From NCBI GenBank assembly GCA_016196375.1, contig JACPXU010000009.1, positions 1 to 33,270 on the forward strand: a stretch of 33,270 nt of DNA, read 5' to 3'. Of the stretch, positions 32,994 through 33,270 are shown piece after piece (position 1 is the first letter of the stretch; each line of letters starts with the position of its first letter). Below the pieces are notes generated by a model. It did not search any database. It had not been told where the DNA came from and saw only the letters and a list, made by a program, of their open reading frames with translations. Source of the stretch: Candidatus Omnitrophota bacterium. Lineage in GTDB: Bacteria > Omnitrophota > Gorgyraeia > 1-14-0-20-64-10. A program made the translations under genes and the position numbers.

Positions 32994-33128
32994 CGCTTGC
33001 AGGGCAACACCCAGCTCTTTCTTGGTGTTGTCCGATTCTTCCAGGCCGGTCTGGCGGAGGCCGAAGGCGGAAGGCAGACTGAGTGCGAGGCTTAGGAAAA
33101 CCGCCAGGAATCGGGCCCCATTTTTAAC

Positions 33129-33270
33129 GGGATCATCCGACTTTAGTGTGGGTGAATTTTACGGATTTCACGGCACCTCGATGAACGATGTGAGCACCTT
33201 GAGTTTGAGGTATTCCATGTCCCGGATGCCGTACGACCGGCGTTGAATTACCCGGATCTTGTTGTTGAGA
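33129..33270 (-). mobile_element. ISL3-family insertion sequence, right-hand part (terminus plus transposase 3' end), continuing beyond the window
   Basis: GC drops sharply here. The transposase C-terminus is at 33168-33270, and the IR-like sequence GGGATCATCCGACTTTAGTGTGGGTGAATTTT starts near 33129. Confidence 0.7.
33168..33270 (-). CDS. ISL3 family transposase, C-terminal 33 codons (partial)
   Basis: My own translation of the minus strand is LNNKIRVIQRRSYGIRDMEYLKLKVLTSFIEVP*. It matches the conserved ISL3 C-terminal block (G.NNKIK.iKR.aYGfRd.e.f.lki). It is too short to appear on the ORF track. Confidence 0.75.
   Translation of the reverse strand, partial: LNNKIRVIQRRSYGIRDMEYLKLKVLTSFIEVP

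Overview
This is a G+C-rich bacterial chromosomal segment, roughly two-thirds GC by eye (not computed). Almost all of it is transcribed on the minus strand. Genes are packed very tightly, with many 1-4 nt start/stop overlaps. Reading right to left:

(1) A lower-GC accessory islet. It holds the 3' end of an ISL3-family transposase at the right edge (not on the ORF track), an uncharacterised secreted-looking protein, and a plus-strand HTH-partner/AbiEii-type nucleotidyltransferase toxin pair.

(2) A cobalamin riboswitch (about 30566-30762, minus). It heads a late-step B12 operon, cobU-cobT-cobS-cobD-cobQ-cbiB-cbiA.

(3) With no intergenic break, the operon continues into a corrinoid-uptake-like block: TonB-dependent receptor, DUF4430 lipoprotein, cupredoxin-like secreted protein, ExbB/ExbD, ZIP transporter, TonB, small polytopic membrane protein, leaderless BtuF-like binding protein, second TonB-like protein, and an Omp85-type barrel.

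(4) Housekeeping genes follow: qor, msrA, asmA-like, GDSL hydrolase, rpsU, M16 peptidase, Memo-like amrB, DUF1844, rmuC, trm112-like, aroQ, efp, accB, accC, asp23/amaP, pfk, gmhA. A truncated GNAT gene abuts an IS-like terminus at the left edge.

The most unusual signals are these:
- Several families of short GC-rich palindromic repeats sit between genes and also in frame inside genes (cbiA, cobQ, cobT, amrB, a tonB-like gene). This is reminiscent of Rickettsia palindromic elements.
- cbiA has no stop codon and runs in frame into the TonB-dependent receptor gene.
- The riboswitch-led B12 block lacks btuCD and carries atypical members (cupredoxin-like protein, ZIP, two TonB paralogs).
- Both window edges end in IS-like termini that damage or abut the flanking genes.

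No rRNA, tRNA or CRISPR array was recognised.
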